DNA of 64,000 bases. Origin: an uncultured Clostridia bacterium (GTDB taxonomy: Bacteria > Bacillota > Clostridia > TANB77 > CAG-508). Both the position numbers and the translations under genes were made by a program. Positions 38,815-47,615 of the stretch are shown here, one piece after another. Below the pieces are notes generated by a model. That model was not told the origin of the DNA. It worked only from the letters and a program-made list of their open reading frames with translations, and made no database searches. The stretch covers positions 446 through 64,445 of the forward strand of contig CAJFHE010000010.1 of the NCBI GenBank assembly GCA_904378095.1, written 5' to 3'. Each line of letters starts with the position of its first letter. Positions within the stretch are counted from its first letter, which is position 1.

Positions 38815-39456
38815 ATGAAGTTTGAAAAACTTAACGAAAATAAAATTAAAATCACATTATCTATGCACGATTTAGAAGAAAAAGATATAAATTTTCATGA
38901 TTTCATGTCTAATTCTTTAGAGTGCCAGGATTTATTTTTAGATATGCTTGAAGAAGCTGAGGAAAAAATCGGTTTTAAAACAAGAAATTGTAAAGTAAAA
39001 ATAGAGGCATTGGCCATGACAGAAGATGATTTTATATTAACTGTTACTAAAATAATGCCAGATACGATGAAAAAGCATTTTTATGTATCTCCAAAGAAAA
39101 AAGTTAAAGCCAAAAGAAAAGTACATAATATACAATCTTCTTATTTGATATATCGTTTTGTTTCTTTTGATGATTATTGTTATTTTATAGACTATTTGTT
39201 AAATAATAAACTTAATGATGCAAACAAAGTTGCTAAAGAAGTATATTTATGTACATATAAAAACGAATATTACTTAGTACTTAATGAGCTCAATACGGAT
39301 TATAAAAAAATAGCAAAATTTTATACTTCAATTACAGAATTTGGCACGTATGTATCAAATCCTGAGCTATTTGTACATAAGTTAAATGAAACAGGAAGAA
39401 TTTTTATTAAAAATAATGCACTTAAAAAGAGTTTTTCGCATTTTGTGAAAAAATAA
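38815..39456 (+). CDS. mecA: MecA-like ClpC adaptor protein
   Basis: MKFEKLNENKIKITLS..DL; YRFVSFDD in the C-terminal domain. Confidence 0.8.
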   Translation: MKFEKLNENKIKITLSMHDLEEKDINFHDFMSNSLECQDLFLDMLEEAEEKIGFKTRNCKVKIEALAMTEDDFILTVTKIMPDTMKKHFYVSPKKKVKAKRKVHNIQSSYLIYRFVSFDDYCYFIDYLLNNKLNDANKVAKEVYLCTYKNEYYLVLNELNTDYKKIAKFYTSITEFGTYVSNPELFVHKLNETGRIFIKNNALKKSFSHFVKK

Positions 39457-39465
39457 GACTTTTAT

Positions 39466-39504
39466 AAATCTTGTTTTTGGGGACGGAGGAAAAAAACAAG
39501 ATTT
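39466..39504 (+). repeat. REP-like family A, copy 3
   Basis: 31-bp core identical to 5865-5895. Confidence 0.85.
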
Positions 39505-39525
39505 TTCTATATCAAAGCACAATAT

Positions 39526-39560
39526 AGGTGACAGGTTAAAACCTGTCACCTTGTTTCACT
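39526..39560. repeat. REP-like family B palindrome
   Basis: AGGTGACAGGTT-AA-AACCTGTCACCT followed by TGTTTCACT. Confidence 0.8.
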
Positions 39561-40578
39561 TTAATATACATAATTTTGTGGATTATATGTTACTCCATTT
39601 TTTCTAACTTCTAAATGGAGATGATTTCCTGTTGAATTTCCTGTTGAGTGAGCCAACTTTTGCAATTACTTCTCCCTGGCTTACCGTTTGACCTGCTGAA
39701 ACAAGCAATTGGCTGCAATGTGCATATACAGTTTGCACTCCATTTCCATGGGAAATTATTACATAAAGTCCATATCCATCATTTGCATTTCCTGAATAAG
39801 TTACAGTTCCTGATGCAGATGCTTTTATCGGTGTTCCATATGGTGCAGCTATATCAATTCCTGAATGTGAATGTGACCTTACACTATCATTACTTCCAAA
39901 CCTTGATGTTATAATACCTGACACTGGATTAATAAGACTAATGCCTAAATTTACTTTTGCATAAGACCTTCCAGAAGTATAATTAGATGCAGATGGAGTA
40001 GAATAAGTAGTCTTTTTTACTACAACTTTCTTCTCATATAATTCTGATACACATTTTTCTACATCTGTAAATTCTTTAAGCTCTTTACCATATTTCTCTA
40101 AAATACCTATATCATCTTGATTTGCACTATCTTTGTCTTCTAATTCATTTACTATTTCTTCCGCTTCTTCAAAAGTAGACACATAAAATTTTTCTTTTTT
40201 ATCATCTGTTATTGCATAATATTTATAATAAGGCGTTGAATCCTCTGTTACTTTTGCATATATCTCTTCATCATTAGTCTGAACATCTTTCTTTAATAAA
40301 CACAATTTATATGTAGGTGTTGCATTTATTTGTCTAAATGCTATATTATTCTCCTCATCTTCAGAAGTATATTCATTAATTCTCTCTTGTAATGCACTTT
40401 TATCTGATGTATAACCTATAACTTCGCCATTTAAGGTTACTTCATATGTAGGATTATAGAATAATACCACTAATCCTACTAAGATTATTGCAGATAAAAA
40501 CATCAAGACTAGTAATTTTATTGATTTTCTTGTGGTTACTGCTACCTTTTTTAAAATATTAATGTTAAACACTCCCAT
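39561..40578 (-). pseudogene. M23 family peptidase with a C-terminal frameshift (4-bp duplication)
   Basis: HxxxD (SHSGID) intact; TGAG duplicated at 39645-39652; removing 4 bp restores GSTGNSTGNHLHLEVRKNG...NPQNYVY and a stop at 39561-39563. Confidence 0.75.
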
Positions 40579-40619
40579 CTTAAAATTTTAACATTAATAT
40601 TTTATATTAAAAAACTTTT

Positions 40620-40661
40620 TTAAACAATTGGAAAATTTTTTTAAATTTTCCAATTGTTTAA
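40620..40661. other. 19-bp-arm perfect inverted repeat (terminator or operator)
   Basis: TTAAACAATTGGAAAATTT-TTTT-AAATTTTCCAATTGTTTAA between a coat gene and the M23 gene. Confidence 0.6.
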
Positions 40662-40714
40662 CTATATTTTTTATTATCTCTTTTTTTCTCTTTTTTGCTC
40701 CGTTTTTCGCTTTT

Positions 40715-40957
40715 TTATTGAAGTGAATTCTTTACTTCTTGTATTTCCGTAACAGTTGCGGGTTGTGCGGGTTTGTAGTACCCCTTTGCTTCTGCTGTTT
40801 TAAAAAGCTCATATTGAAAACTCTCATCACTATTTCTTATTTGTTGTAAAGTCTGTCTAAGCTGCATATTCTCTGTTTCAGATATAGCTGTTTGATATGA
40901 GCCTAAACTTGCTTTTACACCAGCCAAAATATCATTTACCATAGTTTTTTCATCCAT
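40715..40957 (-). CDS. Coat F-like spore coat protein
   Basis: Y.TAISETEN..LRQTL, KGYY motifs; start at ATG 40957 after GGAGGT. Confidence 0.75.
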   Translation of the reverse strand: MDEKTMVNDILAGVKASLGSYQTAISETENMQLRQTLQQIRNSDESFQYELFKTAEAKGYYKPAQPATVTEIQEVKNSLQ

Positions 40958-41009
40958 AAAATTTACCTCCAAAATAATACATAATAACACTATTGTAGTG
41001 TGGCTACAT

Positions 41010-41195
41010 TTAATTATTTAAAAAAGACATTAATTTTTGTTTTGTATTTAAACTGTCTTGTGCAGCCTTAGTAAACATCTGCTTAAGTTGTGGGTCTACT
41101 ACTTGTGAAGCATATGCATTTAATTTTTGATAAGATGTTTCGTGAGAGCCTATAAAATGTCTTAAATTTTGTAACTCTACTTGACTTAAATTTGG
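41010..41195 (-). CDS. Small spore coat-associated protein
   Basis: LSQVELQNLRHFI...DPQLKQMF; typical partner upstream of Coat F genes. Confidence 0.65.
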   Translation of the reverse strand, partial: PNLSQVELQNLRHFIGSHETSYQKLNAYASQVVDPQLKQMFTKAAQDSLNTKQKLMSFLNN

Positions 41196-41264
41196 CATTC
41201 TAATCATTCCTTTCATACATTTTCTAATTTTATTATGTATGAAATTTCAAATTTTATACATTTT

Positions 41265-43553
41265 TTATATAATCTCAAGATTTGCAAATTTTGCCATTAA
41301 TCTCTTATGTCCTACTTTATCAAAAGAAATGTCAAGTTTATAGTCTTCTCCTTCTTCTTCAATTTTATTAATTATTCCTTCTCCGAATTTTTTATGGTAA
41401 ATGCGCTGTCCTTCTTCATATTTAGTTATATCCGTGCCTTCGTTTGTTTTTTTATTGTTTAATGAATTCAAAAAGTTTTCTGCAGTTTTAAATTGGAAGC
41501 CTGATGCTGCTACTCCAAAGTTACTGCTATATTCTTTATCTATCTTGTATGTTTTTACTTTAGAGGATGTACCATATTCCCATTTATATCCGCTATCCTC
41601 AAATTCATTTGACTTTGAATTTTCTAACTGGTCATATCCATCTAATAAGTCTGATGGAATTTCGTTAATAAATCTTGAAACTGCGTTATAGCTTGTTGAG
41701 CCGAATATTGTTCTCTTTTTAGCACATGTTAGGTATAAATATTGTTTAGCTCTAGTAATTCCAACATAGAACAAACGTCTTTCTTCTTCTAACTCTTTTG
41801 GCTCTCCAATGGATTTATTGCCTGGGAATATTCCTTCTTCCATACCAACTAAAAATACAGCTGGGAATTCTAGTCCCTTAGCACTATGTAATGTCATAAG
41901 TGTAACAGAATCGTCTGAATCTTCCATTCCATCTATGTCACTACTTAATGTAATACCTTCCAAAAAATCTCCTAATGTGTTTTCCGCTTCTTCCTCTTCA
42001 AACTCTATTGCAACTGTTAAGAACTCCTCTAAGTTTTGTAATCTTGTTTCTGCTTCTGTTGTATTCTCTAACTCTAGTGCTTTTACATATCCTGTCTTAT
42101 TCAAAGTTTCTTTTATTAATTCAGAAATACTAAGCTCATCAAGTTTTCCTCTTAAGTATTCTATAGTTTCTATAAACTCTGCACCATTTGCTTTTACCCT
42201 ACTTAAGCCATATTCATCTGCGTGTTTTATAATGTCAAACATAGACAATCCCGTTTGCTCAGAAATTTCTTGTATATTATCTATACTCGTCTTTCCAATT
42301 CCACGTTTTGGCTCATTTATAATTCTTTTTAGAGAAATATTGTCTGAGAAATTATATATTAATCTTAAATAAGAAATAATGTCTTTAATTTCTTTTCTTT
42401 CATAGAATTTTAAACCACCAACAATTTTATATGGTACTCCTTCTCTTCTTAAAATTTCCTCTATAGCTCTTGATTGAGAGTTCATTCTGTATAGCACTAC
42501 AAAGTCTGAATACTTAAAATATTCCTCTCGTCTTAAATGATTTATTTCCTCTACAATATATCTTCCTTCATCATATTCATCGTCAGACTTGTGTATTATC
42601 GGAAGATTTCCTTCGTCATTTTCTGTCCATAATTTCTTTTCATATTTATTTTCATTATGCTTTATTACTGCATTTGCAGCTTTTAAAATATTTCCTGTGC
42701 ATCTATAATTTTGCTCTAACTTTATAATTCTCGTTCCAGGGAAATCTTTTTCAAAATTTAGTATGTTAGTAATATCCGCACCTCTAAAGCTATATATACC
42801 CTGGTCATTATCACCAACAACTGTTATATTTCCATACTTAGAAGCTAGGATTGTAACTAAAGTAAATTGCGCTTTATTTGTATCCTGATACTCATCTACC
42901 AAAATATATTGGAACTTGTTTGTATAATACTCTAGAGCATCCTCGTTTTCTGTAAGTATTTTAATGGTATAATTTATAATATCATCAAAATCTATTGCAT
43001 TATTTTCTTTTAGTCTATGTTGATATAGCTCGTATATCCTACCAATAACTTCTTTTCTGTAATCACCTGCATATTTTGTTTGATATGCTTCTGGCGTGAG
43101 CATCTCGTTTTTTCCATTGCTAATTTCAGACAAAACACTTCTATCCGTAAACATTTTGTCATCTATCTTTAATGTCTTCATACATTCTTTAATAAGTGTC
43201 TTTTGGTCAGATGTGTCAAATATTAGGAAAGAATGGTCGAAACCTATCCTGTCTATGTATTTTCTTAAAATACGTACACAAATAGAGTGGTATGTTCCAA
43301 TCCACATGTCTTTTGCAGCCTCTCCAACAAGCTTTTCAACTCTTTCTTTCATCTCGTTTGCGGCTTTATTTGTAAATGTTATAGCCAAAATATTCCATGG
43401 CTTAACATGATTTTCCATCATTAAATATGCTATTTTATGTGTTAATACCTTTGTCTTACCACTTCCAGCACCAGCTATAACCAAACATGGCCCTTCTGTA
43501 GCAAGTACCGCTTCTTTTTGTTTATCATTTAATCCTTCTATTAATTCTTGCAT
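41265..43553 (-). CDS. pcrA: ATP-dependent DNA helicase PcrA/UvrD
   Basis: AGAGSGKT, TFTNKAANEM, VDEYQDTN, VGDNDQGIYSFRGA, LEQNYR, TLHSAKGLEF, EERRLFYVGITRA. Confidence 0.97.
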   Translation of the reverse strand: MQELIEGLNDKQKEAVLATEGPCLVIAGAGSGKTKVLTHKIAYLMMENHVKPWNILAITFTNKAANEMKERVEKLVGEAAKDMWIGTYHSICVRILRKYIDRIGFDHSFLIFDTSDQKTLIKECMKTLKIDDKMFTDRSVLSEISNGKNEMLTPEAYQTKYAGDYRKEVIGRIYELYQHRLKENNAIDFDDIINYTIKILTENEDALEYYTNKFQYILVDEYQDTNKAQFTLVTILASKYGNITVVGDNDQGIYSFRGADITNILNFEKDFPGTRIIKLEQNYRCTGNILKAANAVIKHNENKYEKKLWTENDEGNLPIIHKSDDEYDEGRYIVEEINHLRREEYFKYSDFVVLYRMNSQSRAIEEILRREGVPYKIVGGLKFYERKEIKDIISYLRLIYNFSDNISLKRIINEPKRGIGKTSIDNIQEISEQTGLSMFDIIKHADEYGLSRVKANGAEFIETIEYLRGKLDELSISELIKETLNKTGYVKALELENTTEAETRLQNLEEFLTVAIEFEEEEAENTLGDFLEGITLSSDIDGMEDSDDSVTLMTLHSAKGLEFPAVFLVGMEEGIFPGNKSIGEPKELEEERRLFYVGITRAKQYLYLTCAKKRTIFGSTSYNAVSRFINEIPSDLLDGYDQLENSKSNEFEDSGYKWEYGTSSKVKTYKIDKEYSSNFGVAASGFQFKTAENFLNSLNNKKTNEGTDITKYEEGQRIYHKKFGEGIINKIEEEGEDYKLDISFDKVGHKRLMAKFANLEII

Positions 43554-43658
43554 AGTGTATCTCCTTTTTCTTGTTATACTTATTCATTTTTCAAGTTCTA
43601 TCGAGTTTTTAACCCTATATTTAATTTTTTATTTTTCGTGCTTTTGTTATTATACACT

Positions 43659-43694
43659 AAAACAAACCAATGTTCAATACCATTGGTTTGTTTT
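43659..43694. terminator. Intrinsic terminator after the pilin-like gene
   Basis: AAAACAAACCAATG/CATTGGTTTGTTTT 14-bp stem. Confidence 0.75.
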
Positions 43695-43712
43695 TTTATC
43701 GTTTATGAAATT

Positions 43713-43739
43713 TTGCTCGCGCCATCGTGGTGCTTGCAA
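43713..43739 (-). other. GC-rich imperfect hairpin immediately after the stop of the pilin-like gene (possible DGR IMH-associated element)
   Basis: TTGCTCGCGCCATCGTGGTGCTTGCAA in a very AT-rich background, separate from the terminator. Confidence 0.45.
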
Positions 43740-43741
43740 TT

Positions 43742-46700
43742 TTACTTGACATACAGTTGGATACGAGCTGAGGAGCCATCCGAGGCATTATCAGTTGACT
43801 CGCCCTTGTAACGGAAGGCTGCATAAGGGTAATCATGATAACTATAATTGTAATATCCTCCCCTTAGAACACAAGGTCCGTCGCTACAGTAACAGTATTC
43901 CGTAGTCCATTCACAGCAATTACCAAGCAAATCATGAATATTGCTATAATTATCTGCAGCATATGCTCCCGTTTTTTTCTTAGTTCCTTTATAAAAATTA
44001 CCATATGTTTTACTTTTTGTTGTAGCTAATGTATATCCTTCACTATTTGTTTGACATATAAAATTTAATGCTGTATCCCACGCATAACTACTTATTAACT
44101 CACTTACCACATAAGTATTGCCACTATACATTGCTTCTGCCTGACTCTTTGCTATATCTCTTGTAATATTAACATAAGGAGTAACTCCTGCCTTAACTAC
44201 ATTACCTTTACCCAACTCGTATCTGCCAATATAAAAACCACCATTTCTACTTACACTGTCTTTAAAGGCTCCAATCTGATTATATGCAACTGAACGACTA
44301 TCTCCTTCTCCATAAAAGTAGTAATCAGTTTCATTGGGTTCATCTTGGTCATCTAGAATTCCAGAATCATCACTTACCTCTGTTGCTCCACTTGATGTAA
44401 ATTTTCTTCTACTTAAATTATTTGTCATTTGGCCATCTACTGTTTCATCACTATCCACTGCCAAAGTCACATTGTATGTTCCTGTTGGTATCCATACAAA
44501 TTGGTTACCATCGCCATCCTCTATTACAACTCCTTCTTCTACACTTGTTCCACTATCTGCATCTAAATGGAAACCTCCTGGAATTACTACTGTGTTGCCT
44601 TGGTCGTCTTGTACTGGTGTAGTTGTATCAAATGTTGGTCCGTCCTGACCTTCTGTTGGTTTCGCATCCCCCATATCAGGTACTGCTTTTTCTACTGTTA
44701 TTGCATCTGATATTGTCTCTATTTTATTTCCCGCAATATCCTTTGTTAATACATGTAGATAATATGTGCCAGCTGTGTCTGTTGATAATGTTAATTCTTC
44801 TGGATTTGTTGTAAAACTATTTGTATAACTTCCTTCCTCTATTCCTATATTTCCACTTGTTGTGTTATATACCCATTTACTTCCTGTTACATCTATTCCA
44901 CTTTCATTATCTGTTAATGTAACTGTAGCTGTAACACTTCCATCTGTATCTGTGCTTGTTCCATCTAAGCTTATTGTAGTTGCTTGTGGTACTATTGTTT
45001 CTGTTATACTTGCACTTGCATATTCTCCATGGTTTACTCCATCTGTTAAACGTGCATATACTGTATCAGCATAGTTTAAGTTTGAAATAGTACCATTATT
45101 TGCTATTCCAGTCCAATTGTCTTCTGTAATTGCTCCTATTTGGTATTCAATTTGGTAACTTGTATTTGTACTTACTGAGATACTTGCCTTATTACTACTC
45201 CAGCTTACTGCTCCAAATGTTATTGCTCCTTCTTCTACATCTTCTCCACTTCCATCTGGAATTGTTGCTGTTGTTTGTCCTGCTAAATAGCCTGTTCCTG
45301 TATTATCTGCATTGTCACCTGTAACTTCTACTTTTACATCATAACTCGTTCCTTGGATTAATCCTGTAAATATATATGTGCTTTCTGCAATATTATTTGC
45401 TTTTGCTATATATGCTGTGTCTTCTTCAATACTTTGTTTAATGTAATATGTGTATGTTGGACTTGCTGCCATTCCACTTTCATTGTCACTTGCTGTTACA
45501 TTTACTTTTATACTATTACTTGTTGATGTTCCTAATGTTACATTTACTATTGGTGCTATTTCGTCTCCTATTGTCACTGTTACAAAGTCTCCATGGTTTG
45601 TTCTATCTGTTAATCTAATGTTTACTGTATCTCCATATTTTAGGTCTGAGACTGTTCCGCTGTTTCCTATATTTGTCCAACTTCTATCTGATGTGTCGTT
45701 TACTTGATACTCTATTTGATAACCAGAATCTGTGCTAATATCTATACTTGCTTTGCCATCACTCCATGCTGGGTCAGTTACTATTATCGTTCCATCTTCT
45801 AGTAAGTCTTCTCCTCCTGGAATATCTGTTGTTGTTTGTCCTGCCAAGTAACCTGTCCCTATATTTCCAGCTTTATCTGCTTTTGCTTCTACTTTTATAT
45901 CGTAACTTATCCCTGATTGTAAATCACTAAATGTGTATGTGTTTTGCGATATATCTGTTGCTTCTACTGAATAATCTGCACTTCCACTTTGTTTGATAGA
46001 ATATGTGTATGTTACATTATCTGACATTCCACTTTCTTTATCTACTGCAGACACACTTACTGTTATGCTATTACTTGTTTTTTCTTCCGCAGTTACATTT
46101 ACCTCTGGTACTGTTTTATCTTCTATTGTTGTTTGTTGAATCTCACTGTCATTTACTCCATCTGTTATTTTTGCATATACTGTGTCTCCATGTTTTAAGC
46201 CTGTTATGCTTTGTCCTCTTGTGATTGTTGTCCATTGTCCTTCTGTACTGCCTATTTGGTATTGTAGTGTATATCCTGACTCTGTCGTAGAAATTTCCAT
46301 GCTTGCGGTGCCATCTCCTTGCCATGTTGCTTGTCCAAATGTTATTGTATTGTCAGGTATTTCTGGTACTGGTGGTGTTTCTTCTCCTACTTGTACTGTT
46401 ATTGTTTTTTCTATTGTCGTACCATCATCTAATTTTGCTGTTACTTTTATATCATATGACGTATTATTCTCTAATCCACTAAATGTAAAGGTGTTTGTGT
46501 TGCTTTTTCCTGCTTCTTGCCAAGCTTCTTCTCCTTCATCCGTCTTTTTGTATGAGTATGTGTACTCTGCATTGTCTACATTTTTTGTTACTACTTCTAC
46601 ACTTATACTATTTTCTGTTTTGTCTGTTACTTTTATACTACTTATGCGTGGCTCATTGTTTTTGCCTACATATTCTATGTCCAAGTCTCCATCCGGCTCT

Positions 46701-47050
46701 AGTGTTACTTCGCATACTCTATCTCCTTCTGTCGTTACATCATAGCTTCCGTCTCCATTATCCACTACATCTGTCTCTTTATCATTTATTATTCCTTCTT
46801 CCTCTAAAATGTCAAAATAATGGTCTGGGTCTATGTCTCCTGCTCCATCTATATATGCTGAGCCCTTTGCCATTTCTAATTGCTCTAGTATTCTTGATAC
46901 TTCTGACATTTCTGCTGCTTGTTGTGCTCTTGTTATTAAACCGTTCTCTCCAAATGTGAAATTAATTGCTATTGTTGATAGAATTATTATAATAACTATT
47001 GTAATAACTAATGCAACGAGCGTAATACCTTTATTCTTTAGTTTTTTCAT
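43742..47050 (-). CDS. Large surface protein: type IV prepilin-like N-terminus, FN3/Ig-like repeats, C-terminal FGE-sulfatase/C-type-lectin-fold domain
   Basis: KNKG|ITLVALVITIVIIIIL class III-like leader; repeated ~180-aa units; GGFYIGRYE, HDLLGNCCEWT, RGG motifs; start at ATG 47050 after AGGTGG. Confidence 0.8.
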   Translation of the reverse strand: MKKLKNKGITLVALVITIVIIIILSTIAINFTFGENGLITRAQQAAEMSEVSRILEQLEMAKGSAYIDGAGDIDPDHYFDILEEEGIINDKETDVVDNGDGSYDVTTEGDRVCEVTLEPDGDLDIEYVGKNNEPRISSIKVTDKTENSISVEVVTKNVDNAEYTYSYKKTDEGEEAWQEAGKSNTNTFTFSGLENNTSYDIKVTAKLDDGTTIEKTITVQVGEETPPVPEIPDNTITFGQATWQGDGTASMEISTTESGYTLQYQIGSTEGQWTTITRGQSITGLKHGDTVYAKITDGVNDSEIQQTTIEDKTVPEVNVTAEEKTSNSITVSVSAVDKESGMSDNVTYTYSIKQSGSADYSVEATDISQNTYTFSDLQSGISYDIKVEAKADKAGNIGTGYLAGQTTTDIPGGEDLLEDGTIIVTDPAWSDGKASIDISTDSGYQIEYQVNDTSDRSWTNIGNSGTVSDLKYGDTVNIRLTDRTNHGDFVTVTIGDEIAPIVNVTLGTSTSNSIKVNVTASDNESGMAASPTYTYYIKQSIEEDTAYIAKANNIAESTYIFTGLIQGTSYDVKVEVTGDNADNTGTGYLAGQTTATIPDGSGEDVEEGAITFGAVSWSSNKASISVSTNTSYQIEYQIGAITEDNWTGIANNGTISNLNYADTVYARLTDGVNHGEYASASITETIVPQATTISLDGTSTDTDGSVTATVTLTDNESGIDVTGSKWVYNTTSGNIGIEEGSYTNSFTTNPEELTLSTDTAGTYYLHVLTKDIAGNKIETISDAITVEKAVPDMGDAKPTEGQDGPTFDTTTPVQDDQGNTVVIPGGFHLDADSGTSVEEGVVIEDGDGNQFVWIPTGTYNVTLAVDSDETVDGQMTNNLSRRKFTSSGATEVSDDSGILDDQDEPNETDYYFYGEGDSRSVAYNQIGAFKDSVSRNGGFYIGRYELGKGNVVKAGVTPYVNITRDIAKSQAEAMYSGNTYVVSELISSYAWDTALNFICQTNSEGYTLATTKSKTYGNFYKGTKKKTGAYAADNYSNIHDLLGNCCEWTTEYCYCSDGPCVLRGGYYNYSYHDYPYAAFRYKGESTDNASDGSSARIQLYVK

Positions 47051-47110
47051 AATTTTAACCACCTTTTATTATATATTTTACATATAAGTTATTAATTTTA
47101 TCCTGTCAAA

Positions 47111-47139
47111 ATTATATGTTCAATATTTTGTCTTGTCAA
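47111..47139 (-). promoter_or_regulatory. Perfect consensus sigma-A promoter for the pilin-like gene
   Basis: Minus strand TTGACA (47139-47134), 17 nt, TATAAT (47116-47111). Confidence 0.75.
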
Positions 47140-47215
47140 TATAAAAAACCCAATATTTTTGTATTTTTAGTTATAAATGTTCTAAATATGGTTAACTATA
47201 TGTGGTGATAATATT

Positions 47216-47536
47216 ATGAAAAAACCTTTTGAAATTATTAGAGATTTACGTGAAGATAGAGATTTGAAACAAAAAGATGTTGCTGATTATTTAAAAATGT
47301 CTAGAACTACATACAATCACTATGAATTAGGCCATACAGCTCTTAATGAAGATATTATTATAAAACTTTCAAAATTTTATAACGTTACTCCTAATTTTAT
47401 ACTTAATTATAAAACTGAAAATGAAATTAATGATGTCTCTGTACTAAAATTACAAAAAATGATTGAAGCAGAAAATATTGATGTTGATAAATTGATTAAT
47501 CTGATTAATCTATGTAAAAATTTATTTAAAAAATAA
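47216..47536 (+). CDS. Xre/Cro-C1 family HTH regulator
   Basis: IRDLREDRDLKQKDVADYLKMSRTTYNHYELG; divergent from the pilin-like gene. Confidence 0.9.
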   Translation: MKKPFEIIRDLREDRDLKQKDVADYLKMSRTTYNHYELGHTALNEDIIIKLSKFYNVTPNFILNYKTENEINDVSVLKLQKMIEAENIDVDKLINLINLCKNLFKK

Positions 47537-47541
47537 CTGTA

Positions 47542-47573
47542 AATAGGGAGCCTGCATACAGCAAGCTCCTTAT
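47542..47573. terminator. Imperfect hairpin between convergent Xre and Rpn genes
   Basis: AATAGGGAGC...GCTCCTTATT. Confidence 0.55.
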
Positions 47574-47615
47574 TCATCTTTATATTTTCTAATTAATTAT
47601 CTATATAGAATTATT

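Noticed and set aside
39640-39650. AGG-triggered +1 shift as the explanation for the M23 frameshift
   Set aside because: AGG is used in frame in intact genes (mreD codon 2; RGG in the pilin-like gene), and the 4-bp duplication restores the exact consensus GSTGNSTG
41211-41264. sigma-E/sigma-G promoter upstream of the coat genes (GTATA...CATACATA)
   Set aside because: Spacing (14 nt) looks short and the motif is AT-rich enough to arise by chance
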